Numbered from the stretch's first letter, positions 49,251 to 63,517 are shown. The stretch: 64,000 nucleotides of DNA from Octopus sinensis (GCF_006345805.1 NC_043006.1:7812001-7876000); one strand, 5' to 3'. Made by a program: numbers and translations. Notes: generated by a model not told the origin, from the sequence alone.

Positions 49251-49545
49251 TTACGTTTTTAAACACATCTGTTGGATTCTTATGTTATAGATTCACTGCA
49301 CATATACACTTGCATACACATTAATATATATTTATACTTTTTATTTTTCTTCCTCTTCTCTCTCAACATTAGTATTGCTGATATCATTATTTTTCCCGTT
49401 CACAACTTAGTTTGTAAATTACCGGAATTCCCTTATTGCCCCATCTGTATTCTCTTATTGTATCTTCTTTTATTTTCATTTAATTTTATTGTTATCTCAT
49501 TTTACTTCATCTTATTAAACTTCTTTGATGTCCTTCAAAAGATTC

Positions 49546-49707
49546 TTCGCTGATGAGAATGACGATGCATAAATTAAATTTTAAATTTCATTTTAATTTT
49601 TTTTTCTTTATTTTAATCTTTTAATTGTTTATTTTCAATTATAATTTTAATCAATATGATTTAAACATTTTCTCAAGTATTTTGCATTGTTTTTCGAAAC
49701 GTACGTA
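49546..49707 (+). ncRNA. Hammerhead motif with a 113-nt AT-rich loop in helix II
   Basis: CTGATGA at 49550, 13-bp helix II (12 pairs) 49557-49569 / 49683-49695, GAA-ACGT-A; weak helix I TTCG/CGTA. Confidence 0.6.
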
Positions 49708-49838
49708 TTCACTGATTCCAGTTTTATAATAAATCTGTTTCAGTTTCAACATCTTCTCTCCATTTTTTATAGTTGTTTATGGTATATCCTGTTGTACCAT
49801 ATATATGTGTGTGTTGTGTGTGTGTGTGTGTGTGTATT

Positions 49839-49939
<101 letters not shown>

Positions 49940-50898
49940 GTATATATATATAAAAATGTATGTGCATTATATGTATATATGTATTCATATATATGCATAT
50001 GTATGTATATATATATGTACATATCTATATATAGGTATATATATATGTATTATATATATATATATATATCTATATATATATATAATATATATATTACGGA
50101 GATGTACTCGCATAGTAAGTGATTTGATCTGAGATCGTGTGCTAAACGAAAACAATTGCAGCGTGGAAGGTGTTTATAAGACATTTAAGAAACCACAAAA
50201 GCCGTTCGATTCACGGATTTTGTCAGTGAACAGGTCGCGGATTTCAGCGACGAAAATATTTTGACAAATTAAACTTAAATGTTGAAATGAATCGAACGGC
50301 TTTTGTGTGTTTCTTAAATGTCTCATAAACACCTTCCACGCTGCAATTGTTTATATATATATATTATATATATATATATGTATATATATACATGTGTGTG
50401 TGTCTGTGTGTGTGTATGTGTGCGTGTTTGTGTGTGTGTGTACTTTATTAAAAAGCAGCAAAAATATCACAAAAACTGTTACTGAAAGGTTCACGTTCCC
50501 GTTCAACGGACAGTTTCGTTCAGACTGGAACAAAAATAAGGTTATAAGCAAACATATACTATTAGTTTAATGGATACACATTTGAAAATGGTTTTGTTTC
50601 ATTGGTCATTTCAACTAACGTTCTTTACAATGACCGATTGCATGCAATGAACAAATTTCTGCATAAAATCATCTTATTATAAAATCGGAGAAAACCTTCA
50701 TTCAAAAATAGCTCATAAAGAAGGACAGAGCCTGAATGCCCAGGGTAATTATTAATCAATTAAAAGTTATACAGTAAAAGTTATATCAGTTTAAAAAATT
50801 TCCAAGCTGGATTACATATACACTTAGCAACTAAACATACACACGCATGTACATAGCTACATACATACGTATACAGACATAAACATATATACAAGTAC

Positions 50899-50953
<55 letters not shown>

Positions 50954-51250
50954 CAAGTACACATGCGTACGCGCACAAAATCTCCCGGTGTATGCTTATA
51001 CAAGTTAGCTGTTACAGGTGAAAAACTGCCCAGTGTATATAATATTAAAATGTAAAAATAAGGAAATTGTACATTAATTTGATATAACATAATTAAATAC
51101 GTGAATGGACAGTAAAAATAAACCTCGGCGAATTTTAAGTTTAAATTTGTAAAACAGACGAAGGCTTTCTTAAAAATGAAGTCGAAATATGCTCTATTAT
51201 TACAATGCAAAATAACTACACCGTGTAAAGCCAAATTCAAATGCGACAGT

Positions 51251-51303
<53 letters not shown>

Positions 51304-51306
<3 letters not shown>

Positions 51307-51457
51307 ATCCTGATCCAGGATAAAAATGCTTTGAACCAAAGTCGCGATCTATTAAATTCCTGCAGGCGCGTCGTAAAGTTCAAAATGTCAACCAGCAAAA
51401 TACAGTGTGCGTAAAATATTTTGCCTTGATGAAATTATAACATATATACATACATAC

Positions 51458-51510
<53 letters not shown>

Positions 51511-52546
51511 GTATGTATGTTAATGTAAATTTCAAAAGGCAAAATATTTTACGCACACTGTATTTTGCTGGTTGACATTTTGAACTTACGACGCGCCTGC
51601 AGGAATTTAATAGATCGCGACTTTGGTTCAAAGCATTTTTATCCTGGATCAGGATGAAGAACTTTTCTGAGAGGCAAAGATTACATTTCATAGGTCTTTC
51701 ATAAGCTTCATGTCTGTATGCTGATGCTTTTTCTAGAATATTCCAGTTTACATTGAAAGGACGGGTGTCATTTTCTTTCAATTCTGAGATATGCTTTGCA
51801 AGAATAGTCGCTGTCCTGTTCTCAGGCTATGGGAAAGAATTTCGGTGGGAATAGAATCAAGTCTTGAATGAATGTTCCCAATCCCCTGTATATGTTTTAT
51901 ATTCTTACGAGCCATCTATGTGCACATTGGTTTTATAAACAATACCTTTTTCAAGACATTTTACTTCCAACGTACAGAAAGTCTCATCTCTGCAGATGCG
52001 GTGCCTCAGATCAGATTCGGCACTGTAGTTCTCTGTAATAATTTTGGTGTCATTCTGGCTAATAAAAGAGGCGAAGATTTTGTAACAAGAATAACTAACC
52101 GTCATTGTTCTCCTATTAAACATTCTATAGAACCTATGGCTAGATTGAAAATACTTAGAAACTAATTTTAAGAATTATCTACCTATATTAGTTTCCAAGG
52201 CCATATTAAATGCGGGATTAAACCACAAACTTTTCCTAGTTCTAGTTCTACGTGGCCTGTTATTGCTAGGATTAACTTGACTATACTGGATCTTCTCCGA
52301 GAATCTACTTTTTCTTAATGCATTGTTATGATATCGCGCAGCATTTTGAAATGCGGTCTCATCCGAAGAAATTGATGGTATTCGACTTCCTACATTACTA
52401 ACTAGGTTCTTAAGATTTACGGGTGGGTGATTAGATTCTTTGCTAATATAACATAGCTTTTTATTGGGCTTACTATAGGGTTTAAATTTATAACAGTAAC
52501 AATCATCCCTTCCAGGACGCTCGGACACGTACATACATGTATGCAT
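51304..52546 (-). mobile_element. 5'-truncated Penelope-like element (RT thumb, linker, GIY-YIG) with a tail-to-tail inverted duplicate across (TA)n
   Basis: KPYSKP..YISKESNHPP, LWFNPAFN, TVSYSC, GIVYK, CNLCLSEKFFIL; 51304-51440 is the inverse of 51520-51660. Confidence 0.9.
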
Positions 52547-52693
52547 ATAGGTGCTTAGGGGTAGTGCTATCTATAGTTTTGGAAAATGGAGGGGTGTAGC
52601 GTGGCCCGTTCTTGTTAGCTGTTTTTCCTCATAAATGTCCTGAAAACTCCTCACAGCCTTGGCTTTGTTATATCATTTTGTCTAATATATATA

Positions 52694-52758
<65 letters not shown>

Positions 52759-52782
52759 TGTATATTATGTGTATCTCTTTAT

Positions 52783-52915
52783 TTTCTCTCCCTGTTTCTT
52801 TCTGTGTTCCTTTATGTGGAAGAACGTAGGCTCGAAACGTTAAAGACTGTCACTTCCCGAACGTTAACCTAAAACATCTGTTTGTTTTGTACACCACTTG
52901 TCTTCGTCCTCTCTC
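52783..52915 (+). mobile_element. Second copy of the 152-280 HHR-like element (motif at 52810-52845, core ATGTGGA)
   Basis: Sequence similarity; follows a (TA)n/(TATG)n tract. Confidence 0.6.
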
Positions 52916-53129
52916 TATGTATACATATAGGTATGTAGGTGTATGTGTGTGGGTGTGGATGTGTAAGCACAACGGAAGCAAAGATTGGAGATTTCCAGAC
53001 GATGAATATTTAGGTATAAATATATAGATATTTACGTATTAATCTTATAAATAATTTTTATATATTTACTTAAATATTTATCGTCTGAGACTCTTCAATC
53101 TTTGCATTCCTTCCGATTACATTACACTT

Positions 53130-53196
<67 letters not shown>

Positions 53197-53428
53197 TTTG
53201 AAGTAATATGTTACAGGATATTGACTCTAGAGTATAGACTATATGAAGAGGGAATAAGTAATACCATATAGTATATACGTTTCTCATTTGACTTATTCAA
53301 TTGTAGAATAAACATATATTATTACTTTTTCTTAATTTTACCAGCATAATTGTTATGTACACCACCGAAAACCTATCGCTGCAGATTTTCGTATATATAT
53401 TTTCGTATATATATTTAGATGTGGTTAT

Positions 53429-53730
53429 CACCGTCACAGACCAGGCTATCAGATGTTGCTACACATCCCTGGTTACAATGCGCTTCGCATTGTTTTTGCC
53501 TTCAAATGACGCCACCCCGCTGGCTAAGCGAGCAGGCCAACAGAAGAAAGAGTGAGAGAAAGTTCTGGCGAAAGAGTACAGCAGAGATCGCCACCACCTC
53601 CTGCCGGAGCCTTGTGGAGCTTTAGGTGTTTTCGCTCAGTAAACACTCACAATGCCCGGTCTGGGAATCGAAACCACGATCCTACGACCGCGAGTCCGCT
53701 GCGCTAACCACAGGGCCATTGCACCTCCAC
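53429..53730 (-). mobile_element. Type A SINE head with yet another 3' module
   Basis: TSD AGATGTGGTTAT at 53417-53428 and 53731-53742. Confidence 0.82.
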
Positions 53731-54319
53731 AGATGTGGTTATACAGATTTTAAATAGCAAAATATTGTGAGATTTCAAAACGACTGTTAATCGCAAAAGC
53801 CTTTAATACTTCCGTGGAATGCTCCTTCTTTAAAGGAGTTATGTTTAATTAAATATAGAATGAGCAAAGGACTACGATAAAGTAATTAAAGAATTTGAAC
53901 ATCGACATAAATTTCAATATTTAGAACTCGACTCCTAATTTCTGAATACTGAGCATTCGCTTCTCGTTCGTTCAAAGATAATGCAACAGAAACCAGTCAA
54001 AATAGAATAATCATATTTATTATCACCACGTTGCCATTCTATATTAACACTTTAGAGGAAAGAGATCCGAAAGACAAGATTCTTTTTGTAAAAGAATTGT
54101 GAGAACAAACAAAATGACTTCTTTATTCCGTACATCCGCTAATATCTAGATCGTACTGCTATTATAAGAGCTGTCCTCTTTAGAAGATTGAAGGCAGGAA
54201 GGCACCAAGAAACATACACATATATTACATATATTTATGTATAATATATCAAACCCATGCACCCATTCTGTTATACCTAATTTGTTTTTCCGCATAATTG
54301 CATGCATATATATATAAAG

Positions 54320-54420
54320 TTAATCCAAACAAGAAAACACAAAAAAACACAGCAACGCGAGGACGTGGAACAAATAAAGTATTATTGGACGCTCAGGAAA
54401 GAAGGGGATACAAGCAAAAG
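54320..54420 (-). mobile_element. Truncated copy of the 63219-63418 element (no HHR)
   Basis: Reverse complement of CCTGAGCGTCCAATAATAC..GTTCCACGTCCTCGCGTTG..TTTGGATTA. Confidence 0.7.
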
Positions 54421-55494
54421 GCCCCCTCCAATGGACGATGCTGATGTACTTGCGCGTACAAATGCACGTTCCCACGGCTTTATCTATCGCATTCTCACCT
54501 GGAATAGATTTTTGTGATTTTTTCAAGACTTATACACATCCTGATACCGTCGGTGTCTACATTACACATTTGAGCGGATTTTATATAAGAGAAATGCATG
54601 CACTTTGAGTGCACTTTGAAAAGAAAGATTAGTTCATATTAAACTAGATGATTATTCCCTGTTGGGATAATAAATCAAATAATGTCCAATCGAAAAGGAG
54701 CCACTTTCCAGGCAACTGACAAATTAAGATTGAATAAATGAAATGAATAAAGCATTTGAGCTAAATGCCATTCCTTGATGAGTTCTGCATGTTCTCCTTA
54801 CAGTGGCCGAATGAGTTCTGTCACTTCTCCTTGAAAAATCATCTAGTTTGACATTGGGACAATATATGGAATTACAAACATCATCTTATTGCCTTACTTA
54901 AATTGTGGTTTTATTTTATACTCTTTTTTTATTGTCCTTTTTGTTGGACTTTTTTTGTCAATGGGTGTCTAACGCAGAGTGCCTCCATTACTTGAAGCTT
55001 TCTATAAGAGAAACCAGAGAGAAAAAATAAACTAGAAAGACAAATAACACCTTACATTCTAATATTTTCACTTATTAATTTCTCACTACAAAAAGCAATT
55101 AACAACAAAACTAGCAGTTATTGATAATGATTAGTAGAGGTCCCAAATTGTGAAACTAATAAGTTAGTCTACCAGGTGCATGGGTTTGAATCACTTGCAA
55201 GTATTTTGTAGCAGGAAATTTTATACTATGAGTCTCGTTACATTGGACTGATGTTCAAGGTTATTTTAAATTTTCTTTCATTAACGTAATGACTATAAGG
55301 CCATTCGTCTTCCCCTTGATTAAGACTAGAGCTTGAGGTTTACAAGCTAAGACATTGGTTTTAATTTAGGCACAAGCCTAGTAAATATGAATGGCAAAGT
55401 TTATCTCGGTGGGATTTGAACCTGGCGAACCGGAACAAATAATGCGACGTATTTTTCCGACGCTCTAAAGATTCAGCCAAGCCACTAAATAATC

Positions 55495-55728
55495 TTATTT
55501 CTTTACTACCCACAAGGGGCTAAATACAGAGAGGACAAACAAGGACAGACAAACGGATTAAGTCGATTATATCGACCCCAGTGCGTAGCTGGTACTTATT
55601 TAATCGACCCCGAAAGGATGAAAGGCAATGTCGACCTCAGCGGAATTTGAACTCAGATAGTAACGGCGGACGAATTACCGCTAAGCATTTCGCCCGGCGT
55701 GCTAACGTTTCTGTCAGCTCACCGCCTT
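55495..55728 (-). mobile_element. Type C SINE
   Basis: Family match; flanked by CCACTAAATAATC direct repeats. Confidence 0.88.
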
Positions 55729-56064
55729 AAACCACTAAATAATCTATTAGCACGATAATACGTTCTGAATAATATGATAAATAAATAGCTACTCACGCAG
55801 AATGGATACAGCTGCCATTAAATATGTCCACAATATTTTAAGAGTGCAATGTTCGGGGAAACCTAATGTTCTGATTAAGAATAATATGGTCAAGGATAAT
55901 GTAACAATTTAATATCTTAAAATGTCAAGACATTTCAAATATAACTATGTTATTAAAATCATTCTAAAGAATATCTGGAAGTCTTGCGAAGTTTCTTTCT
56001 GACATGTGATGAATACTTTCGAAATGAGTGTAAAATAATACTGCCACAAAAAATGGTGGAGCTT

Positions 56065-56467
56065 ACGGCAGATCGAGAAATTGATTTTTTGTAACTAAAC
56101 ACTTTCAAACTTCAGACACTGGTAGTATGTGCCATATAAAACATATTTTACTCTTAGTGTTGTTGAGAAAAGTTTATATTTTAAAAGTTATTTGTTGTTA
56201 AAGTTGTCGTATTTCGGTAATTTCAACCAATCAATGACCGCCGATAGTTGTTGTTGACAAACAACGGCAGTAATTTTATTCAGCTTAATACACGTCATTG
56301 ATTGGTTGAAATTACTGAAGTACGACTACTTTAACACGAAATAACTTTTAAAATATAAACTTTTCTCAACAACACTAAGAGTAAAAGATGTTTTATGTAA
56401 CACATTATACCAGTGTCCGAAGTTTGAAAGTGTTTAGTTACAAAAAAATAATTTCTCGATCTGCCGT
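56065..56467. mobile_element. MITE with ~165-bp inverted arms; partial relative at ~58230-58400
   Basis: ACGGCAGATCGAGAAATT..AATTTCTCGATCTGCCGT. Confidence 0.85.
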
Positions 56468-58550
56468 TCAAAGGGAAAAGATCCCAAATGGTTTTAATAC
56501 AGTTATTAAAAACAGTTGAAAAATTAGTTTAGTATTAAACTGTCACTTAAAGAATATATTTTAAAGATATATTATATTAGTAACTTTGCTGGTTAATAGG
56601 GTGTTAGTGTTTCTAAACGCCCTCGGATTTCGCAAGAGAGAACAATAATAACTTTGGCTTAAAAAGCCTTCATTGATCTGTTACTGCTGCACGAAGACAG
56701 TGCATGATTAATTAAGTGCATAGAGCTGGACTGAATCTTTTTAGTTACGTACCTTGAATGTATTATAATTTTTAGTTACGAATCTCTATGTTCCGACTAC
56801 TAACTTGACTTGGGATCAATACAATGCCACTAGTATACTTGGAATCGATTTAATTGGTACTGAAGCTTCCTTATATATTTCTGGTCATGTTCCAACATGA
56901 TAAACCATTATAATTCTGTGCTGAGCGGTTTATAAAAAAAAAAATCATTATTATCTCAAGATTTTTCTGTTTTCGTTTTGTGTGTATGTGTGTGTGTGTG
57001 TGTGTATGTGTGCATGTGTGTGTGTATATGCGTGTGTGTTTGTGTGTGTGTGCATGTTTGTGTGTGTGCATATGTGTACATATGTGTATTTGTGTGTGTG
57101 TGCGTGTTTGTGTGTGTGTGTTTGCTTCATAAGGTAGGTACGGCTTCAAATCACGGACGAAGCCATAAACACTATATAATTCAATTGTTCCTTTTCACGT
57201 CAACAGAAATTATTCTCCCGTCTTACTCTCCCGAGATGGCTGTGGATATCCCGTCTCTTCTCGACTGCTTTCTCTCGGTCTTAGATTTTGTTATAAACAC
57301 TTCGAACGAAGGCTAGACCTTTGCATTCACATGTATAAATACATATCATGTTGTTTCATCCTGATCTTCGCAAGACTAGAAAGACATCTTTGCGAGTGAG
57401 CGGTATCAACTCTCTCACCATATCGATTCGAACTAATTGATTACGTTGTATCGTTGTGCAGATTCCATACGAGCCCAAACAATTGGGATATTTGCAAATG
57501 TTTTCTTTTATTTCTTCTTTTAATTGCACATTCTTGATAATTTCTTGTCGCTTCATAAGTGATTATTATATACTTAAATATATTCAGAGTGGTGGGCTGT
57601 AGTTGGAATAAGTTCGACATGAGAGGTAATTAACTGCACTAAGAAGGACGCAAAAGCACGTATTCACTTATAGGTGCACTGGAATAAATAAAACAAATAA
57701 TATTTTTAAAAACACTACTATCTTATTTTATCCTGATGCTAACTAATTGGTTTTACAGTTATTTTTATCTGTACGTTACTTTCTTTATTTAATAAATCAA
57801 TACGACCTACTTGTTAAGCTTTCTTATTTTCAGATATAAATATTGATTGGATTTGTAACTGCTCATAAACAGATAAAACTAATTACATCAAGAGACGGTA
57901 GGAAGATATGGAGGCATGATGCGTCTTCTGTCGCTTTTATGTTTTCTTTTCATATCTTAACCACTTTAAAACACTCGAAATCGCGGCAGAGTATTGGCCC
58001 CAAACTTTCTGAAACATGCTTTTCTTCATTTGTACACCTTACTGTACATGTTAGCAGTCAGTTAGAAAATTGCTTTTCAGCGAAGCTGTGAATGTTTGAT
58101 TAAATATACTAGAACTTAACGACAAAGCTTTCGCACAGTTTTATATTTAAGAGATGAGGAATTATGTACGTTATTTACATTATTTACATTTGACGGCTAT
58201 TTGCACTCATCTTGTTTGTAATACAACACTTTGCAAACATCTCCTTCGAATAAAACCACCAATGGAAGAGAATATGACCAAAGACTGCGTGTATAAGTTT
58301 TTCTCAAAAATGCTAAGAGTAAAAGATGTTTTATATGACACATTCTACCAGTGTCCGAAGTTTGAAAGTATTTAGTTACCAAAAAATATTTTAAAAATCT
58401 GTCGGTCAAAAGGTCCGAAGATGCACATATGCTAGGACACAACAACCTCCTAAGCAGAATGAGTGCAGATATGAGCAGCATATGGGAACCGGTATTAAGG
58501 AAAGATAGAAAAATATTAGATTTATAAGCCCTAAAATTCACTCCATAATA

Positions 58551-58789
58551 GCCCACGAGCATATGGCATAGTGATTAAAAGCGCGGGTTACTAACCCCAA
58601 GATTCCGAGTTCGATTCCAAGCAGTAACCTGAACAAAAATAACGACATAGGAATGAGGACCCAGGTTCGAAATTTTCCCAAGACACCTGATGAAGACTGG
58701 AGGGTATGTCAGTCGAAACGTTGTGTTAATAATAAACAAGATGAGGACAAATATCCGTCAAAAGTAAATAATGTAAATAACGTAAATAA
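58551..58789 (+). mobile_element. Second full copy of the tRNA-HHR SINE
   Basis: Same 5' start GCCCACGAGC, A/B boxes, HHR at 58682-58727, (AA(T/C)GTAAAT)n tail. Confidence 0.85.
58682..58727 (+). ncRNA. Minimal type I hammerhead ribozyme
   Basis: GACAC-CTGATGA-A-GACTG(10-nt loop)CAGTC-GAA-ACGT-T-GTGTT. Confidence 0.88.
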
Positions 58790-58825
58790 AGCTATCGCAG
58801 TTAATGATCTTTAAGGATTTCAATA

Positions 58826-60097
58826 TTAGGTCGTCAAGTATGAAATTTTAGAAAGGAAAAAAGTTTGCTGTTTTATAAATACAAAGAATAGTTTTATTCA
58901 TCAAAGTATGCACCCATATTGTCAATTCTCTTTTGCCATTTCAGTGGTAGCTTTTCATACTCGGAACTGTAAAAGCCTGGCAATCTGGAGTTAATGAAAT
59001 CTTAGAAGGCCTGTTTCACAGTATCGTCGGAAATTTTTTTCCCTATCAAAGAGTTATCAAAATTCTGGAAGAAGTGGTATTCAATGGGGACAAGATCAGG
59101 TGAGAATAGTGGATGATGAACTTTCAACTCCAAATCTTGTAGTTTCGCTAATGTAGTTTTGTAATGTGCGGTCTGATATTGTCATGCAATAAAACAAGAG
59201 TGGATCTGTTGACTAATCTAGGCTGTTTTTTTTTTGTAAGTTTCTGCATCATTCGGTCCAGTTAGTTGCAATATGCTTCGGCCGTGATTGATGAACCAGG
59301 TTTAATGAAATCATAATGGATCACACCTGCGCCAGACCACCAGACACACACATCAGCTTCTTTTGATAAATTTTGCTTTTGTAACTGTATTTTGGTTGCT
59401 CGTCTTTGTCCAACCATTGTGCTGAACGTTTATCGTTGTTGCATTGGATCCATTTCTTATCACATGTTACAATTCGATTCAAAAATGATTCATTTTTGTA
59501 ACGAGAAAGTAGCATAATGCAGGCTTCAAATCGTTGCCGTTTCGAATTTTCATTGAGTTCATGTGAAACCCACTTATCCAAATTTTTCACTTTACCGATT
59601 TGAACTAGGTGAGTCAATATTGTTTGCTTTCTAATACCAAACAACAATGATAATTCACGGACACTTTGGGATGGATCTGACTCGACGTTGGCTTTCAGTT
59701 CGTCATTATCCACCTTTGTTTCTGGTCGACCGCGTTGCTCATTTGTGAGGTCAAAGGTAACAAAACGAAATTTTGCAAACCAATTTGATTCTGTCTGTTG
59801 TGTAATAACATTAGAATGAAATGTTCCATTAATATTCCGAGCTATCCGGGATGCTGTATTTCCAAGAAAGAACACATATTTCAAAACTGTACGAATTTCC
59901 GACTTATCCATCTCTAAACAAAAATAGCAAAAAACGATTTATAAATACTTTATAAAGTGCAAAATGAGTTAGAATAAAGAAATAGACGTGTCAGATTTCT
60001 AACAAAAAATAAAGATTGTGAAAATATAATAATGTCGCAAAATGAGCAGCTGTCAAATTTAACATATACCTTACTACAAATTTCATACTTGACCTAA
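58826..60097 (-). mobile_element. Near-full-length degenerate mariner transposon
   Basis: TIRs TTAGGTC(GTC)AAGTATGAAATTT with TA flanks; ORF 59321-59911 with RGRP, KWVSHEL and IVTCDKKW motifs; later part frameshifted. Confidence 0.92.
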
Positions 60098-60373
60098 TAT
60101 TTGTTTTAATCAGATAAGAATTTGTTAAATTCATTTGTAGGTGTGAAGTGTAAACTTGAAGTGAGAGAATGTTCAAACAAATCAGCTTTTAGTATTTACT
60201 ACTTTTTATCTCTCAAAGCAGAATAATTTAACTCACTCTAAAAAAGGGTTGCTACTTCTGTGAATTGCCTGTATTATTATGTATTCTTATCCAGTGACAA
60301 ACACCTCTAAGTATAGCTACAAAATTTGAAACTAAATACTAGACTCAAAATTCGCGAATGATTTTATAATCTA

Positions 60374-60768
60374 ACTAGCAGTATCGCCCGGCGTTGCTCG
60401 GGTTTGTAAGGGAAATAACTATGTAAGCATTTTTAGAGAGTTAGAGCCAAATAATAGCAAAAAATGCATTACAAATGGAAAAAAATGATGGTAATTTAAA
60501 AAAAAATCGTTGACTCATCGTAGACATTTTTAGAGAGTTACTTCCCTTATATAATAGCGAAAAAATGCATTAAAGTGGAAAAAAATTATGGTAATTTTTT
60601 TTTAATCGTAGACTCATCGTAGACGCGCGCTAATACCCAGAAGGGCTCGATATGAATCACGGCTATAAGATACCCAATTTTGGTTAAACTGCACCGCAAA
60701 ATGTGGGAGTAGTTAGGAATCTAAATCGTAGGAGACAGACACACAACTTGACTTTTATATATAAAGAT
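60374..60768 (+). mobile_element. Non-autonomous Helitron/HINE-like element with an internal ~100-bp tandem duplication
   Basis: 5' ACTAGC..CGCCCGGCGTTGCTCGGG and 3' TTTTATATATAAAGAT ends, typical of this group; pattern recognition only. Confidence 0.55.
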
Positions 60769-62355
60769 ATATCTGATTAAAAACTACTTTTAAAAGCTAC
60801 AAATTTTAGCCAAAAGACCACTGTTGACTTCAAATTTCAACATATATCTGAACTGTGTCAGTGACCAGCTGGCATCGGAGCGACGAAAATGTTGGCGCAA
60901 GAAAAAAAATAAATGAAATGTGAATTTAACATTTAGATAAAGTGCTTCTTCCACTGGATAATTACCAAACAGTAATTATAACTTTAAAATAATTACATTA
61001 ATATGAGTCATGTGATGTAAAAATTAGTTCTTTTGATCTTATATTTTTGTAAAATAGTAATGACTGATTAAATATAAGTTTATTAATTGTTATTCTAAGC
61101 ATTTTAAAAGCAAATATAGAGAAGCAATTAGACACGATAGAACATTATACTAAATTAGTTTAGATATCACTAAGGTTACTCTCTTTAATACATCGTAAGG
61201 AATCACGTCCACAATTCCACACCACGAGATATTAAGTTACTCTGCAACATGATTTCATTGCATGAAACTAAACAAAAAGTATTATTCTGTCATATATGTT
61301 AATAAGACTCCTATATCCACTGTCTGTGAGTCAGTCTGTCATTCTCAATATAATAATTCCAGTAATTCTTTTATCAACGTTGTAGAATGAAATGCGAATC
61401 TGGCTTCGGTCGGATTTTAACAGAAATTAAAATTAAATATTATGACCCAGATGTGCCTGCCACTTCACGATCCTATAGAAGCATTAGAATCACTTTTATT
61501 TTTTTAACTACGTTTAGCTTCTATACTATTACATCTCTACCACACCAAGCTACACAACTTCATTACTACATCTACGATTACGATAATTCAAACACACACA
61601 GCGATTTGCATTATTTCATCAAGCTCCTTCATTTTGAAAACGGGATTGCATCCGAAACGTTGATATTTTTTTCTTTTCGCAAAGCAAAAAAATGAACTTC
61701 TTTACAATTATATCACATTTTTCCATCGGATTATTCTGGTTGACACCATCTCATTGAAGGTTACAGTACACCTTCAATATAATACTCTATTGCACTTTAT
61801 TACAGGAAATAACTCCATTAGATCACACCATGCTGCAATGTACAGCACCTTTTCACTTATACCGTATTACTAAAGAAAAACACCACAATAGCTCAAAACA
61901 GTCATATCTCAATTAGCTCACGTAGCTTAATTTCATAAACAGTTTATAGTAGAAGCCATGACAGCAGTATGGCCAATTTAGTCGACTGAAAAATGAATTT
62001 TCTAGTTTGTGCAATTATTAATTCATTTTTCATGCGGTGGTATATCTATTGATTACTAATCACTCTTATTTTGATTCATTTCGAATGCAACTGGTTGTGA
62101 AAGGAAGCAGCGTAAATATTAAATATTGGCAGGCCTACTGAAATGTTATGATTAGGGTTGGAGCAGAGATTTGCCCGGAGATCATTTATGTGTACTGCAT
62201 TTTAAATAAAGATGGAAGCCAGGCATTGACGTACACAAACAATTTATATGCACACGCGTATACATATATACGATCACAGATATATAGACCTGCAGTTATG
62301 TGTATGTATATTTATCTACATGCACAAATATATTCATACACACACACACACACAG

Positions 62356-62387
<32 letters not shown>

Positions 62388-62632
62388 CTTTGTGTGTGTG
62401 TGTGTTTCTACGAGTGCATGCATGTAGTAGTACGTGTGTATAAATATATATGTGTGTATATGTGTGTATAGTATGAGTACATAGCTATATTTATGTATAT
62501 ACCTATGTATATACTAAGTATATGAATATATGTATATATATACATATGAAAAAACAAACATGACTGCAAAAACATATATATACATATATATATATATAAA
62601 TGAAAATATGTGGGCGTTTATGTATACATATG

Positions 62633-62697
<65 letters not shown>

Positions 62698-62764
62698 CCA
62701 CACATACATACATATATACATACATATATACATACATACATACATACATACATACATACATACA

Positions 62765-62795
<31 letters not shown>

Positions 62796-63082
62796 CCGTT
62801 CATTAGATTCTCAACTATGCAGACAAATTCCATCTGAAACTCGTACTCGTAGACATAACCTGCATGAAAACAAAGTTTAAATTTAATTTTCCAAATTGTT
62901 TACTTAATTTAAACTAATTCTTGACTTTCTACAATCATCTTTAGCTTTGTGCGTCGGTAAACATTGCTCCTAAGTTTTTGCTATTTTCTTCAACTTCAAA
63001 GAAAAAATAAATTTGAATGCAGCATTCACTGTATTCTATTACTATGATTTCTACACACAGACACATACACACGCACACGCAC

Positions 63083-63218
<136 letters not shown>

Positions 63219-63418
63219 GTGACCGCGTGTGTACCGTTGGCGATTTTTTTTCCTCTGTCTTCTCTTCTCTGAATCTTTCTTCTCCTATGTTTCCGACGAA
63301 GAGATCCGCTCGAAACGTTAGACCCTCTTTCTTTCCTTCTTACCTGAGCGTCCAATAATACAATATGTGTTCCACGTCCTCGCGTTGTGTTTTTTTGTGC
63401 TTTCATGTTTGGATTAAC
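63219..63418 (+). mobile_element. ~200-bp HHR-bearing element inserted in (TA)n (motif at 63289-63323, core CCGACGA)
   Basis: GTTT-CCGACGA-A-GAGATCCGCTC-GAA-ACGT-T-AGAC; (TA)n on both sides. Confidence 0.7.

Positions 63419-63517
<99 letters not shown>

Noticed and set aside
61630-61665. GGATTGCATCC-GAAACGTT resembling an HHR 3' half
   Set aside because: The 5' core is unrecognisable (TTGAAAA) and helix I is absent; not counted
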